Shown here: piece by piece, positions 51,236-61,705 of the stretch
Position numbering within the stretch: the stretch's first letter is position 1
Layout: every line of letters starts with the position of its first letter
NCBI GenBank assembly: GCA_963716395.1
Contig: OY970309.1
Location: forward strand, 1,088,001-1,152,000
Length of the DNA stretch: 64,000 nt
Source of the DNA: an uncultured Fibrobacteria bacterium
GTDB lineage: Bacteria > Fibrobacterota > Fibrobacteria > UBA11236
Direction: 5' to 3'
Notes under the pieces: model-generated
The model's input: only the letters and a program-made list of their open reading frames with translations
Told to the model about the DNA's origin: nothing
Databases searched by the model: none
Position numbers and translations under genes: made by a program

Positions 51236-52290
51236 ACGCGCCCGCGAAGTCGACTCCCGCCGGAGCCGTGCTCGGCGCGTTGGATCGATTCTTCGCGGCC
51301 GAACCCGAGGTTCTGGATTGGGGAACGGTCGGTGTGAACGGCCCTTTGCCGCATGCCGAAGAACTCGCGGATTGGGTCGCCCAGGGGCTGCATGCCGGAC
51401 TGCGGTATATGGAGGCCCATCTCGAACAACGCCAGTCACCGCAGCGGCTTTTTCCCTGGGCCCGCAGCGCCGTGCTGTTTTCCCTGCGCCCGCCCGCGGC
51501 CTGGGGAGCGAATACGGGAAGCTTTCGGGTGGCCGCGTATGCGCTGGGCGAAGATTACCATCGCCGCGCCCGCCACGTTCTCGCCGCCGCGCAGAAACTC
51601 TTGGCCGAACTGGATCCGGCGCTCCGCGTTGCGGGCTTTGCCGACACCTGGCCGGTGTTCGAACGCGATCTCGCCGCCGAAGCCGGCCTGGGTTGGCGCG
51701 GCAAAAACACCTGCCTGATCGACAAACGCCAGGGTTCGGGGTTTTTACTGGCCGGATTTTTTCTCGCAGCCGAATTGCAAGCACGACAGGCGCCGGCCAC
51801 CGACTTCTGCGGCCAATGCACGGCCTGCCTGGATCAATGCCCCACGGGCGCGCTGCTGGAACCGGGCCGGCTCGACGCCGGCAAATGCATCAGTTATTGG
51901 ACCATCGAAGCCAAGGGCGAAGTGCCCGCGTCGATGGCGGATCAAACCGGCGGCTGGATTTTCGGCTGCGACATTTGCCAGGAAGTTTGCCCCTGGAATC
52001 ACAAGCACAAAGCCCGCGAGGCTTCGCCGCCGCCGGATTGGCCCCTGACGCCGGCCGCTTGGCTGTCGCTGTTGCGCCCGGGCGGCGGCTTTCAAAGCCG
52101 CTTCCGCCGCACGCCGCTGGCGCGGGCCGGAAGAAAAGGCATGCTCCGCAATGTGCTGATCGCCCTGCGGCAAAAGCCTCCGGACGCATCCGTCGCGGAT
52201 TTGATCGCGGTCATGGCGGACGAAGAGACGGATCCCGTGCTCCAAAACGAATTGCAGCGCACGCGCGCACATTTCGCCAACGGGGCGTGA
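51232..52290 (+). CDS. queG: tRNA epoxyqueuosine(34) reductase
   Basis: YA.G.DYH, AGLGW.GKN, CGQCTACLDQCPTGA, CISYWTIE and FGCDICQEVCPWN. Confidence 0.95.
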   Translation: MNAPAKSTPAGAVLGALDRFFAAEPEVLDWGTVGVNGPLPHAEELADWVAQGLHAGLRYMEAHLEQRQSPQRLFPWARSAVLFSLRPPAAWGANTGSFRVAAYALGEDYHRRARHVLAAAQKLLAELDPALRVAGFADTWPVFERDLAAEAGLGWRGKNTCLIDKRQGSGFLLAGFFLAAELQARQAPATDFCGQCTACLDQCPTGALLEPGRLDAGKCISYWTIEAKGEVPASMADQTGGWIFGCDICQEVCPWNHKHKAREASPPPDWPLTPAAWLSLLRPGGGFQSRFRRTPLARAGRKGMLRNVLIALRQKPPDASVADLIAVMADEETDPVLQNELQRTRAHFANGA

Positions 52291-52304
52291 AGTTCGGATC
52301 GCGC

Positions 52305-54809
52305 TCAGTTCTCGGGCAGCATTTTCTTGTCGCCGCCCCACTTGCGAAAGGATCGGAAGTATTGCTCGGCTTCGTCGGGCTTGGATTTCAACACGGCGAC
52401 TCCGGCATAATAATACCCCATGGGATCTTCCGGGCAAAGCTGCATAACGCGGCGGCTGCTGGTCGAAACCGATTCCAGTTGCCCGGACTCCTGCGCGAGT
52501 TTGGCCGCTTCCACCCAGAGACTGCACGACAAAGGTTTGGCCGCCAGCCCCCGTTGCACCGTCGTGTTGGCTTGGGCCGGGCGTTTGCCGGCCGCCAGAG
52601 CTTCGGCCAAGGCGACCAGGCCATCTTCGTTCCGGGGATCGATTCCCAAAGCCTTTTGCGCCGTGGCCTGGGCTTCGGCGATCTGGCCCTTCTGCAGGCG
52701 AAAGCGCGCTTGCAAAGCCAGGGCTTCGGGCAGGGGAGACGCTAACAGAGAAAGCGCCAGATGATGGATTTCGGCTTCGGGCATGCCGCGGGCCTCGAAA
52801 GCCAAAGCCATTCCGTAAAAACCGCGCGCCTCCCAAACCGGATCGGTGTATTGCGACAACTCCTTGAAATCGTTTTCCGCGTCGTCTTCATTCCCCAGCT
52901 TGACCTGGCAAAGACCCAGGTGATAAAGCGCCTCCGGATATTCCGCCCGATAGCCGAGGGCCGCTTCGAATTCGCCGCGCGCATCCTTGAGCCGGTTTTG
53001 CAGGGCGTAGGTCAAACCGAGGTAATAGTGATATTCGGGATTGTGGGAATCCTTCCCCAGCAATTGGCTCAGCAACTTTTCGCCTTCGTCGAGATTGCTG
53101 GTGAAAGTGTGGGCGGCGGCGAGGGCGATTTGCGCCTTGGCCCGCGCATAACGCACTTCGTCCGCATGCAAATAGGGAGAGCCCCCGGAAAGCTCCAAGG
53201 CTTTTTCGGGTTGGCCCAGGCGCGTCAACAAGTCCATGTGGTGCGCCAGCGCCGGGGCCGAAGGAAAGCGCCGTTCGAGCGCGGCATAAACCGAAAGGGC
53301 CTGGTTCGGGTTTCCGCTCTTGGCCAGGCAATCCCCGTACAACAGCAGGCCGGTCGGCGACAGATCGGATTGCGCCGGGTCCAGCGCCGCCAGCGCCTGC
53401 TTGAAATCGTCGCGATCCATTTCCAACCGGGCCAGGGCTTCGGCGTAGCGCCCGTCCGCGGGTTTGAGTCGGTTCGCCCGCCGGAAAAAATCTTCGGCTA
53501 CGCCCGGTTGGTTCCGCTTGAGCGCGACCCGGCCCAGCCAATACACGGGTTCGGGATCGCCGGGCGATTTCTTGCCGAGTTTTTTAAATCGACCTTCGGC
53601 GCCGTCGACATCGCCTTGCTCCATTTGAACGCGCGCCAAATCGATTTGCACCTCCGGATCGGCGTCGCCGAAAGCGACGGCCTTCTGCAACACAGCCCTC
53701 GCTTCGTCGAACTTTTTCACTTCCACCAGGCACCGGCCGAACATCGCCAAGACGCCGGCATCCCGGCAATCGGCGCAGGCGATGCGAAAATAGGGTTCGG
53801 CGCCGGCATAATCGTATGCCTGAAACCGCTGCCGGGCCAGGCCCAAGGCCGCCTGGGCGTCGGCCGACGACGAATCGGGCGGCATCGCTTCGCGCCGTGT
53901 GCCCGCACTTTCGCCGGCCGGTCCCCGGTCCGTCGCCGCGGACGCGGTGCTCCCCGGGTAAACCGGAGGGTTGTTTGCGCGGCTGCCGGGCGCTGTTCCC
54001 GGTTGTGACAAGCGTTGCGATTCGATCTGGTACGCGTCGCGGTCGTCGGTGCGGTCGGAAAACAGCCCGGCTTTGCGGTAGCATTCCGCCGCTTCTTTGC
54101 CGTTGCTCTTGGCAAGCGATCGACCCAACCCCGCCCAATAATCCGCGGTCTCCGGCCACTTCTTCAGCAAGCGGCGGTAAACCGCCGCGGCTTTGGCGTT
54201 CTCCCCGGCATGCAGCTCGGCGGCCGCGAGTTTTTCCAACACCACGTTGTCGACTTCGGGGAAATGGGCCAGATCCCGCAAGGCCGCAAGATAGGCTTTG
54301 GGAAATTTTTCCTTGCCGGCGGTTTCCACCGCGTAAAGAAATCGTTCGGCCAGCTTGTGGTCTTCGGGCTTTTTCTCCACCAGCAGACTGAGAATGTCGA
54401 CCTCCCGATCGATTTTGCCCGCACCTTCCAGGGCCGACAGGTATCGGATCAGAAAGGCGGCGTCGCCGGGCTGCAGGGCCTGCGCCTGGGCAAAGGCATC
54501 GACGGCTTCGTCGAACCCGCCCTCTTCCAGAGAGGCATCGGCCAACCACTCCCAGGCATCGCGGTTGCGGGGTTCCTTATCCACGCATTGGCGCAAAGAG
54601 GGAATGGCCCGGCTGATATCGCCCGAGTCGTAAAACGATTTGCCGCGCTGGCAGAGCATGTCGGCAGACGATTTGCGGGCCTCGTGGGCCTTATGCGATC
54701 GGGAGGTGGCCCAGGCACAGAGCACGGCGACGGCGCACAACGCGGGAACCTTGACCGGAAGCGGCGGCCGATTCTGCGTTTGGATGCGAGCGGTTTTTTT
54801 CACTGCCAT
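52305..54809 (-). CDS. Tetratricopeptide repeat protein with N-terminal hydrophobic anchor
   Basis: Many TPR consensus units (Y.LG..Y...G...A...F..AL...P). Confidence 0.88.
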   Translation of the reverse strand: MAVKKTARIQTQNRPPLPVKVPALCAVAVLCAWATSRSHKAHEARKSSADMLCQRGKSFYDSGDISRAIPSLRQCVDKEPRNRDAWEWLADASLEEGGFDEAVDAFAQAQALQPGDAAFLIRYLSALEGAGKIDREVDILSLLVEKKPEDHKLAERFLYAVETAGKEKFPKAYLAALRDLAHFPEVDNVVLEKLAAAELHAGENAKAAAVYRRLLKKWPETADYWAGLGRSLAKSNGKEAAECYRKAGLFSDRTDDRDAYQIESQRLSQPGTAPGSRANNPPVYPGSTASAATDRGPAGESAGTRREAMPPDSSSADAQAALGLARQRFQAYDYAGAEPYFRIACADCRDAGVLAMFGRCLVEVKKFDEARAVLQKAVAFGDADPEVQIDLARVQMEQGDVDGAEGRFKKLGKKSPGDPEPVYWLGRVALKRNQPGVAEDFFRRANRLKPADGRYAEALARLEMDRDDFKQALAALDPAQSDLSPTGLLLYGDCLAKSGNPNQALSVYAALERRFPSAPALAHHMDLLTRLGQPEKALELSGGSPYLHADEVRYARAKAQIALAAAHTFTSNLDEGEKLLSQLLGKDSHNPEYHYYLGLTYALQNRLKDARGEFEAALGYRAEYPEALYHLGLCQVKLGNEDDAENDFKELSQYTDPVWEARGFYGMALAFEARGMPEAEIHHLALSLLASPLPEALALQARFRLQKGQIAEAQATAQKALGIDPRNEDGLVALAEALAAGKRPAQANTTVQRGLAAKPLSCSLWVEAAKLAQESGQLESVSTSSRRVMQLCPEDPMGYYYAGVAVLKSKPDEAEQYFRSFRKWGGDKKMLPEN

Positions 54810-55065
54810 GCTTTTCCCCCGCTTTGGGTGGGCCGCGTTTTAATGGGAATTGCTGCCGCATATCCTGCCGGGGCAGGTTACGGAAGGGCATCGGAAAACG
54901 CCGCGATTGATATTCGGCGCTTAACCGATCTTTAACCTAATCAGATTCCAGCGGGTCGGCAGGCCACGGATTCAATTTCGGGAATATCAGCGGCGCGTTT
55001 CTCCCCATTTTGTCGGAGAAGCGTGGAATCCGCCGGCTTGCGTCAACCCGAAATAGGGAAGACGT

Positions 55066-56151
55066 TTACCGGATTTCCACCGGTTTTCCCGTGGCGGCCG
55101 AAGCATAGATGGCGTCGATGATTTTCATCAGCTTCACCGCCTCGTCGGCCGTATTCAGCGGCTCTTCCCGGCCCAGCAGCGCGAGCGCGAAGTTTTGGGC
55201 CGAACGGCTGCGGCCCATCGCCACATCGCCTTCGAAAATGAGGTTGCGATTCACGGGGAACCCGTTTTCCTGGGTGTACAGTTCGCAGGTGTCGATGCTG
55301 GTGGCGTCGATGCCTTCGACCCGGAACAATCGCTGCATTTTGCCCCCGGCCTTCTGTCCCTGGAATACCACCGAAACCACTTCGCGTTCATTCATCTCGG
55401 CCCAAGAGTTGCGCAAAGAGAGAACCTGTCCGGTTTTGAAGGTCACGAATCCGTGCGCGGCGGCTTCGACGTCGGTGACTCCGCCCTGGATGTCGGGAAT
55501 GCCCCAAGGCCCTTTGAACTCTTGGTTGTCGATCAAATCGCTGAAGGTTTGCCCCAGCACAAAAGCCGGCTCGGGATATCCCATGAAATGCAACGCCAAA
55601 TCGATCATGTGGATCAAATCGATCAACGGGCCGCCGCCGGAGAGTTTTTTGGTGGTGAACCACCCGCCGAAACCCGGAATGCCGTTGCGGCGAATCCAGG
55701 TGGCTTGCGCCGAATTGATGCGGCCCACCGTGCCCGAACGGATATAGTCGCGCAGGGCGTAGGCTTCGGGGCGCGCGCGGTTGTTGAAATTGAACATCAA
55801 GGTCTTGCCTTGCTTCTTGGCCGCATCCGCCATTTCGGCGACATGCTTGGCGTTCAGGGCGGGTGGCTTTTCGCAGAACACATGCTTGCCGCGGGCCAGC
55901 GCTTCGAGCACCAACGGATGGTGGAAGGCATTGGGCGTGATGATGGAAACGGCGTCGAGATCGGGAAGAGCCCCGTACATTTCGCCGGCTTCGGCAAAGG
56001 TCATGGAGACGCCGTATTTTTCCGCGGCTTGCTGGGCGGCGGCCGTGTTTTTGTCGGTGATAGCCACGACTTCGGCGCCGGCGCTGCGGAATCCCGCCAC
56101 GTGATAGGCCGCCATCCATCCCGCGCCGACAATGCCGATTTTCAGTGCCAT
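55066..56151 (-). CDS. Gfo/Idh/MocA family oxidoreductase
   Basis: GIVGAG, TPN..H, HVFCEKP and GGGPLID..H. Confidence 0.93.
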   Translation of the reverse strand: MALKIGIVGAGWMAAYHVAGFRSAGAEVVAITDKNTAAAQQAAEKYGVSMTFAEAGEMYGALPDLDAVSIITPNAFHHPLVLEALARGKHVFCEKPPALNAKHVAEMADAAKKQGKTLMFNFNNRARPEAYALRDYIRSGTVGRINSAQATWIRRNGIPGFGGWFTTKKLSGGGPLIDLIHMIDLALHFMGYPEPAFVLGQTFSDLIDNQEFKGPWGIPDIQGGVTDVEAAAHGFVTFKTGQVLSLRNSWAEMNEREVVSVVFQGQKAGGKMQRLFRVEGIDATSIDTCELYTQENGFPVNRNLIFEGDVAMGRSRSAQNFALALLGREEPLNTADEAVKLMKIIDAIYASAATGKPVEIR

Positions 56152-56188
56152 CTGCGCCTCTTTTGGTTAAGCACCGGGAGCGGAGTTT

Positions 56189-57343
56189 TCACACTTCCAT
56201 CCGCGTCCATTTGCTGTGGGATTTGTTGCTGGCCAGAAGCGCCTCGATGAAGGCGACCCCGATGACGCCGTCTTCGACCGTGGGGTGATCGCAGACGGGG
56301 ATTTTCTCTCCGGCCTTGGCCGCCCGAATCCCGCGAAAGGCTTCGCGGTAAATGTTGGCGAAGGCCTCGATATAACCGTCGGGATGTCCCCAGATCAATC
56401 GGGCCGCGGCCTGCGCTTCGGGGGCCAGATTGCTGTTGCCTTTCGAGTAGCGGGTTTGCGTGCCGGCCGGATCCTTGACCAGCAAATAATTCGGATCTTC
56501 CTGCTTCCATTCCAGGCCGAGCTTGGTGCCGTAAACGCGGATGCTCAGGGGATTTTCCTCGCCCGCAGAAATCTGCGAGGCGTAGAGCACGCCGCGCGCG
56601 CCGCCCTTGAAGTGCAAGAGCAAGTTGCCGTCATCTTCGAGGCCGTTGCCTTTGACGAAGGTGGTGAGATCAGCGCACACCTCGTCGATTTCGAGTCCGG
56701 TGATATAGCGCACCAGGTTTTCCCCGTGGGTTCCCAAATCGCCCATGCAACCCGAACCGCCCGCGATTTTCGGATCCATGCGCCACATGCCGATGGCGTT
56801 GCCGGGGCTGGTGATAAGTCCGCTCATCCACCCTTGCGGGTATTCGCACACCACCTTGTTGATGGTGCCGAGCAAGCCGCTTTTCACCATGTGGCGCGCC
56901 TGCTTGACCATGGGGTAGCCGGTGTAATTGTGCGTGAGGGCGAACACCTTGCCGCTTTTCCGCACGACTTCGCGCAGGGCTTTGGCGTCGGCCAAGGTGG
57001 TGGTCAGGGGCTTGTCGCAAATCACGTGGAAGCCCGCTTCCAAGCAAGTTTTCGCCGCTGCGAAATGCCCGCTGTTCGGAACCACGATGGAGACGAAATC
57101 GATGCGCTGGTCGGCCGGCAACTGGCTTTCTTTCTCGGCCATTTCGGCGAAGCTGCCGTAGACGCGCGCGGGGTCCAACCCCAGTTCTTCGCCCGACTTT
57201 TTCGATTTCGCCGCGTCCCGCGAAAAGGCGCCGGCCACATATTCGGCCTCGCCGTCCAAGGTGGCCGCCATGCGGTGCACGGGGCCGATGAAGGCGCCGA
57301 TGCCGCCGCCCACCATGCCGCCTTTGAGTTTGTTTTGTGCCAT
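56189..57343 (-). CDS. Gfo/Idh/MocA family oxidoreductase
   Basis: GMVGGG..AFIG.VHR.A, HVICDKP, NYTGYPMV, DLGTH and GHP.GY.EAFAN. Confidence 0.93.
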   Translation of the reverse strand: MAQNKLKGGMVGGGIGAFIGPVHRMAATLDGEAEYVAGAFSRDAAKSKKSGEELGLDPARVYGSFAEMAEKESQLPADQRIDFVSIVVPNSGHFAAAKTCLEAGFHVICDKPLTTTLADAKALREVVRKSGKVFALTHNYTGYPMVKQARHMVKSGLLGTINKVVCEYPQGWMSGLITSPGNAIGMWRMDPKIAGGSGCMGDLGTHGENLVRYITGLEIDEVCADLTTFVKGNGLEDDGNLLLHFKGGARGVLYASQISAGEENPLSIRVYGTKLGLEWKQEDPNYLLVKDPAGTQTRYSKGNSNLAPEAQAAARLIWGHPDGYIEAFANIYREAFRGIRAAKAGEKIPVCDHPTVEDGVIGVAFIEALLASNKSHSKWTRMEV

Positions 57344-57398
57344 AGGTAATGTTTCCGTCTAAAGGTTTGTGGATACTGGATGTTAAAAAAGGGTCATC

Positions 57399-58640
57399 CT
57401 ACGATCGATAGGCTTGGCGGCCGAAGCCCTGCACGGGAATGCCCTGCGCGGCCAGCACTTCGTGATGCAAGGCGAACATGGCCGCGGCCGCCTCGTCGAT
57501 GGCGCGCGTGAAGGCGAGCGAACCCTTGAGAATGGGCCCGAGCTTGGCCTGGTCTTGAATGCGGGCCTTCGGGTATTCGTGCTCCACCACCAAATAGGTG
57601 TGGGCGGGATCGATGTCCAGCAGTTCGCGCGCGGCCAATTGGTGATCGAGCCAATCGACGCTGCGGTTCTGCAAATACGCCAGCGGATCATGCTTGGCCG
57701 TGCCCGGCAATTCGTGTTCGCACAGCACCACCTGTTTTTTCCAGGCGTTGGCCTGATCGGCCGGGTTGGGCGAAGGTTTGCCGTTCATCCAATCGCCGCG
57801 CTGCATGGTTTGTCCGCCGTAACCCCAGGCCGACACGCCTTTGGCGTCGACCACCTGGCCCTTGACGTGGAAACCCGCAATCAGGAAGTTATACCCTTCA
57901 TCTTTCAAATACTGGAACAGCGAACGCGTGTCCTGCCCCATCAAAATGGCATGCGAGGGATCGTAGTGGATGCGGAACTGGTCGCCCACCCCGTGCTTCT
58001 CGCAGATCTTGTGCAAGGCGATCCACGGCCCGGGGGCGTAAGCGATGTTGTTATGCCATTTGTCGGTGACGTTCCAGCCCGGCATGGGGCATTGCTCGAC
58101 GCGGTAGACCAGGCCGCGGGCCTTGGCCTCTTTGAGCAGGGGCACGAACACCTCTTCGAACATGACGAGGTTCGGGTCCATGTCGATTTCGGGATTGCGG
58201 CCCACGAAGCCGCACACCGCATCGGTGCCGAGCAGTACGGCCGCGTCGAACAGGCGCAGCATGAAATCCAGCTTCTTCTTGCGGACGGTGGGGTTGGGAT
58301 GCAGCAGGTTGTCGAAATAGGCGAGGTCGGAAAGGCCCACGCCCGTGGCTTTCATGGCCGCATGCACGCGCGCCGCGCGTTCCTTGGTGAAGGGCTTGCG
58401 AAGATCCAACGTGTTGGCCACGGGATCGAGCATGGCTTCGGGCGGCACATCGCTTTCACTGGGATGCAGGGCCGCGGAAAGCTGGATATTCGGCGAACCG
58501 ACATCTTTAGCGAATTGCAACCACTCTTCGACGGCCAAATCGGGATCGGGATCGCGCTTCGCGCGCGGCGTCAATTCCTGCAAAGCCGCGGTGAGAACGC
58601 TCAATTTCATGGGTTTGGGTTCAAAGCTTTTTATTGCCAT
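57399..58640 (-). CDS. Sugar phosphate isomerase/epimerase (AP endonuclease 2 / xylose isomerase-like TIM barrel)
   Basis: [17 protein letters not shown] and VEHE metal-ligand motifs. Confidence 0.85.
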   Translation of the reverse strand: MAIKSFEPKPMKLSVLTAALQELTPRAKRDPDPDLAVEEWLQFAKDVGSPNIQLSAALHPSESDVPPEAMLDPVANTLDLRKPFTKERAARVHAAMKATGVGLSDLAYFDNLLHPNPTVRKKKLDFMLRLFDAAVLLGTDAVCGFVGRNPEIDMDPNLVMFEEVFVPLLKEAKARGLVYRVEQCPMPGWNVTDKWHNNIAYAPGPWIALHKICEKHGVGDQFRIHYDPSHAILMGQDTRSLFQYLKDEGYNFLIAGFHVKGQVVDAKGVSAWGYGGQTMQRGDWMNGKPSPNPADQANAWKKQVVLCEHELPGTAKHDPLAYLQNRSVDWLDHQLAARELLDIDPAHTYLVVEHEYPKARIQDQAKLGPILKGSLAFTRAIDEAAAAMFALHHEVLAAQGIPVQGFGRQAYRS

Positions 58641-58895
58641 CGCAGCACTCCTTCTTGCAAAGAATAAAGACGCTCCCGCTGCCGAACCGCCGGGAACATC
58701 GTTTTAGTAGGGATACTTAACTTATTAAGAATCTGCCTTCGGAAGCATGGGGTCCGGAGCGTTCCTCTGGATGCGCCTTTCCCTGGCGCGGGCGTTGGGT
58801 TTCGGCCGCGTCGGCGCCCTGCAGGTAACTACGATTAGCTACGGAAAGGCCGGCGCGGAATCGCCGGAGGCTCTCTTTCGCCGATCCCCCCGCGC

Positions 58896-59903
58896 ATGAA
58901 AAAAAACACGACCCTCAAAGATATTGCCCAGCGTCTGGGGATTTCTCCGGCCACAGTGTCCCGCGCCTTGGGAGACCATCCCCATATCAGTGCGGAGCGA
59001 AAAGCCGCCGTATGGAAAATGGCGCGGAAACTCAGTTATCACCCCGACTCGGTCGCGCAAAGCCTGAAAAGCGGAAGCACCCACACCCTCGGGGTGATTG
59101 TGCCCGCCATCAAACACCACTTTTTCTCCGAAGTGCTCGACGGCATCGAAGAGGTGGCGTTCAAGTCGGGCTACACCGTGCTGTTGTGCAAGTCCAACGA
59201 AGACCATGACCGCGAAGTCGTCAATGCCCGCATGCTGGCCTCCAAACGCGTGGCAGGGATCATCGTCTCCCTGGCGCAAAACTCCCGTGACACCGATCAC
59301 TTCTCCGAGTTGATGCGTCGCAACCTTCCCGTGGTTTTCTTCGATCGCGTGCCCGAAAAACTGAAAGCCCCCAAGGTCGTGGTCGATGATTACGCGGCCG
59401 CGTTCGCCTTGACCGAATATCTCATTCGCGCGGGTTACCGGAGGATTGCCCATTTGTCGGGCCCCGAATCCCTGCTAATCACCAAACTGCGCCGAAAAGG
59501 GTTTGAAGACGCGTTGAAGAAACACGGGCTTTCCGCGCCTGCGAACTATCTGATCTTCGGCGGCTTGGAAGAAGAAGACGGCAGAAGCGAAGGCGAACGA
59601 ATCTTGGCGCTTCGTCCCCGGCCCGATGCCGTATTCGCCGTAAACGATCCTGTGGCCTTGGGTGTGTACCGGGCCTGCCACCGCGAAAAAGTGCGCATCC
59701 CGGAAGATTTGGCCGTGGCGGGGTTCAGCGACAATCCCATCTCAGCCTTGCTGAATCCACCCCTGACCACGGTGGCCCAACCGGCCTACGAGATCGGGGT
59801 GGCCGCGGCCAAAATGCTGTTGGAGAGAATCCGCGCGGGAAAACCGGCCAAATCCGAGTTGGTCGTATGCCGCACCAAATTGGTTATCCGCGCGAGCGCC
59901 TAG
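58896..59903 (+). CDS. LacI family transcriptional regulator
   Basis: TLKDIA..LGIS.ATVSRAL HTH; IPEDLAVAGFSD and LTTVAQP. Confidence 0.96.
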   Translation: MKKNTTLKDIAQRLGISPATVSRALGDHPHISAERKAAVWKMARKLSYHPDSVAQSLKSGSTHTLGVIVPAIKHHFFSEVLDGIEEVAFKSGYTVLLCKSNEDHDREVVNARMLASKRVAGIIVSLAQNSRDTDHFSELMRRNLPVVFFDRVPEKLKAPKVVVDDYAAAFALTEYLIRAGYRRIAHLSGPESLLITKLRRKGFEDALKKHGLSAPANYLIFGGLEEEDGRSEGERILALRPRPDAVFAVNDPVALGVYRACHREKVRIPEDLAVAGFSDNPISALLNPPLTTVAQPAYEIGVAAAKMLLERIRAGKPAKSELVVCRTKLVIRASA

Positions 59904-60019
59904 TTATCGCCCCCCGGGGCCAAAATTCCCCAGGTTTTCAAAAATATGCCGCCGCATTAACCGAGGAAAAAATTCGGAAAAGACAAACACGCCGCGAAGC
60001 CGGCGGATTATATTGCCCT

Positions 60020-60035
60020 ATGCAAACGATTACAT
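60020..60035. promoter_or_regulatory. Candidate LacI-family operator ATGCAAACGATTACAT
   Basis: Imperfect palindrome with central CG, just downstream of a TATATT -10-like element and upstream of the GH27 gene. Confidence 0.55.
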
Positions 60036-60063
60036 AAACGGATTACGCGAAGGGGACGAGAAA

Positions 60064-61524
60064 ATGAAGCAGACGGATCGGATGGTGCGGAATGTCTGGG
60101 TTTGCGGAGGGATGGCTTTGGCTTTGGCCGCCACGGACGGTGTTGCGCAACTCGGGAAAACCCCGGCCATGGGATGGAACAGTTGGAACAACTTTGCCTG
60201 CAATGTCTCACAGACCCTCTTGGAAAACCAGGCGAATGCCATGGTGAGTTCGGGAATGGCGGCGGCGGGCTATCAATACATCAATGTCGATGATTGCTGG
60301 ATGGGCGGGCGTGACGCCAATGGAAATATTCAGGCCAGCAGCCAATTCACCAACAACAGCCTGGCCACCGTGGCCGCTTACATCCATTCCAAGGGACTCA
60401 AGTTCGGTACCTATACCGATGTGGGTAACCATACCTGCGCCAGCAATGGGGGGCCGGGCCTTCTCGGCCATGAAGGCCAGGATATTAAGCAATTCGTGAA
60501 TTGGGGCGTTGATTATGTGAAAGTTGATTATTGCAATAGCACCACCGCCCAACAGCAGAATCCCGCCGCGGCGTATAAGATCGTAGGGGATTCCATCGCC
60601 TTCTATACGAAAAGCCATCCCCTGTATTTCAGTATTTGCAATTGGGGTCAGGGAAATCCCTGGACGTGGGGCCGTCAGGATGGAGGCAACCAGTGGCGGA
60701 CCACCGGTGATATCAATGCCAGTTGGGGATCGGTTACCGGAATTATTGACCAACAAGTGAATCTATATACCTACTCCGGACCCGGAACTGCGGGCCAAGA
60801 GGGGGGCTGGAACGACCCCGATATGTTGGAAGTCGGCCGGGGTTTGACTCCGGATGAAGATAAATCGCATTTCGCCATCTGGTGCCTGTTGGCGGCGCCT
60901 TTGATCGCGGGCAACGATTTGACGAACATGTCGACCGCCACCAAAGCCATATTAACCGATACCGAGTTAATCGCCGTGGATCAGGATTCTCTGGGGATTC
61001 AGGCGCAGCGCATTTCCTCGGCCAACAACTTGGAAGTATGGGCCCGGCCATTGACCGGCAACGCGCGCGCGGTGGGCCTGTTCAATCGCTCCGGCGCCAC
61101 CGCCACCATCACGGTGAATTGGTCGGATCTCAACAAGTGGAGCGCCTACCCCTGGACCACCAGCCAATCCGTGACCGTGCGCGATTTGTACGGCCACACC
61201 GACGTGGCGACCAACCAAACCGGCAGCTACAGCGCTTCGGTTCCTTCGCATGGCATCGTGGTGGTCAAGCTCAGCGCTACCCCCGTTCCGATCCTGCCGT
61301 TGGCCGGGCCAACGAATCTTTCCGGCATCAAATTGGGATCCAATTTCATCCGTGTGAATTTGCCCGGCTATCACAGTCTGCAAATCCTGGATCTCACCGG
61401 TCGCGTGCTTTGGAGCCGTAGCGGAAACGGAGCTTCGGAATATGGTTTGCCCGGGCTTTCGGCCGACGGCAGCCGCATTCTTCGCGTCGTCACGCCGGAA
61501 TCCAGAACCGACCTCCGGTATTGA
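60064..61524 (+). CDS. GH27 alpha-galactosidase, secreted, with C-terminal sorting tail
   Basis: TPAMGWNSWN, NVDDCW, YVKVDYC, WRTTGDI and WNDPDMLEVG; tail ILDLTGR. Confidence 0.95.
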   Translation: MKQTDRMVRNVWVCGGMALALAATDGVAQLGKTPAMGWNSWNNFACNVSQTLLENQANAMVSSGMAAAGYQYINVDDCWMGGRDANGNIQASSQFTNNSLATVAAYIHSKGLKFGTYTDVGNHTCASNGGPGLLGHEGQDIKQFVNWGVDYVKVDYCNSTTAQQQNPAAAYKIVGDSIAFYTKSHPLYFSICNWGQGNPWTWGRQDGGNQWRTTGDINASWGSVTGIIDQQVNLYTYSGPGTAGQEGGWNDPDMLEVGRGLTPDEDKSHFAIWCLLAAPLIAGNDLTNMSTATKAILTDTELIAVDQDSLGIQAQRISSANNLEVWARPLTGNARAVGLFNRSGATATITVNWSDLNKWSAYPWTTSQSVTVRDLYGHTDVATNQTGSYSASVPSHGIVVVKLSATPVPILPLAGPTNLSGIKLGSNFIRVNLPGYHSLQILDLTGRVLWSRSGNGASEYGLPGLSADGSRILRVVTPESRTDLRY

Positions 61525-61705
61525 TGGTGCATGCATGCCTTCGGCATGAGCCGCATCCGACGGGCTATGCGTGGTCTGTTTGTTTACCGACAAATGGGCG
61601 TAAATGGGCGCGGTGCTTTCCTTACCTAAACCGTAAGGAGGGAGCGGCGCTTCGAATTCCTTTCTGCAGCGGCGAGGGAAATGTTTCCGACGAAGGAATT
61701 AAACG

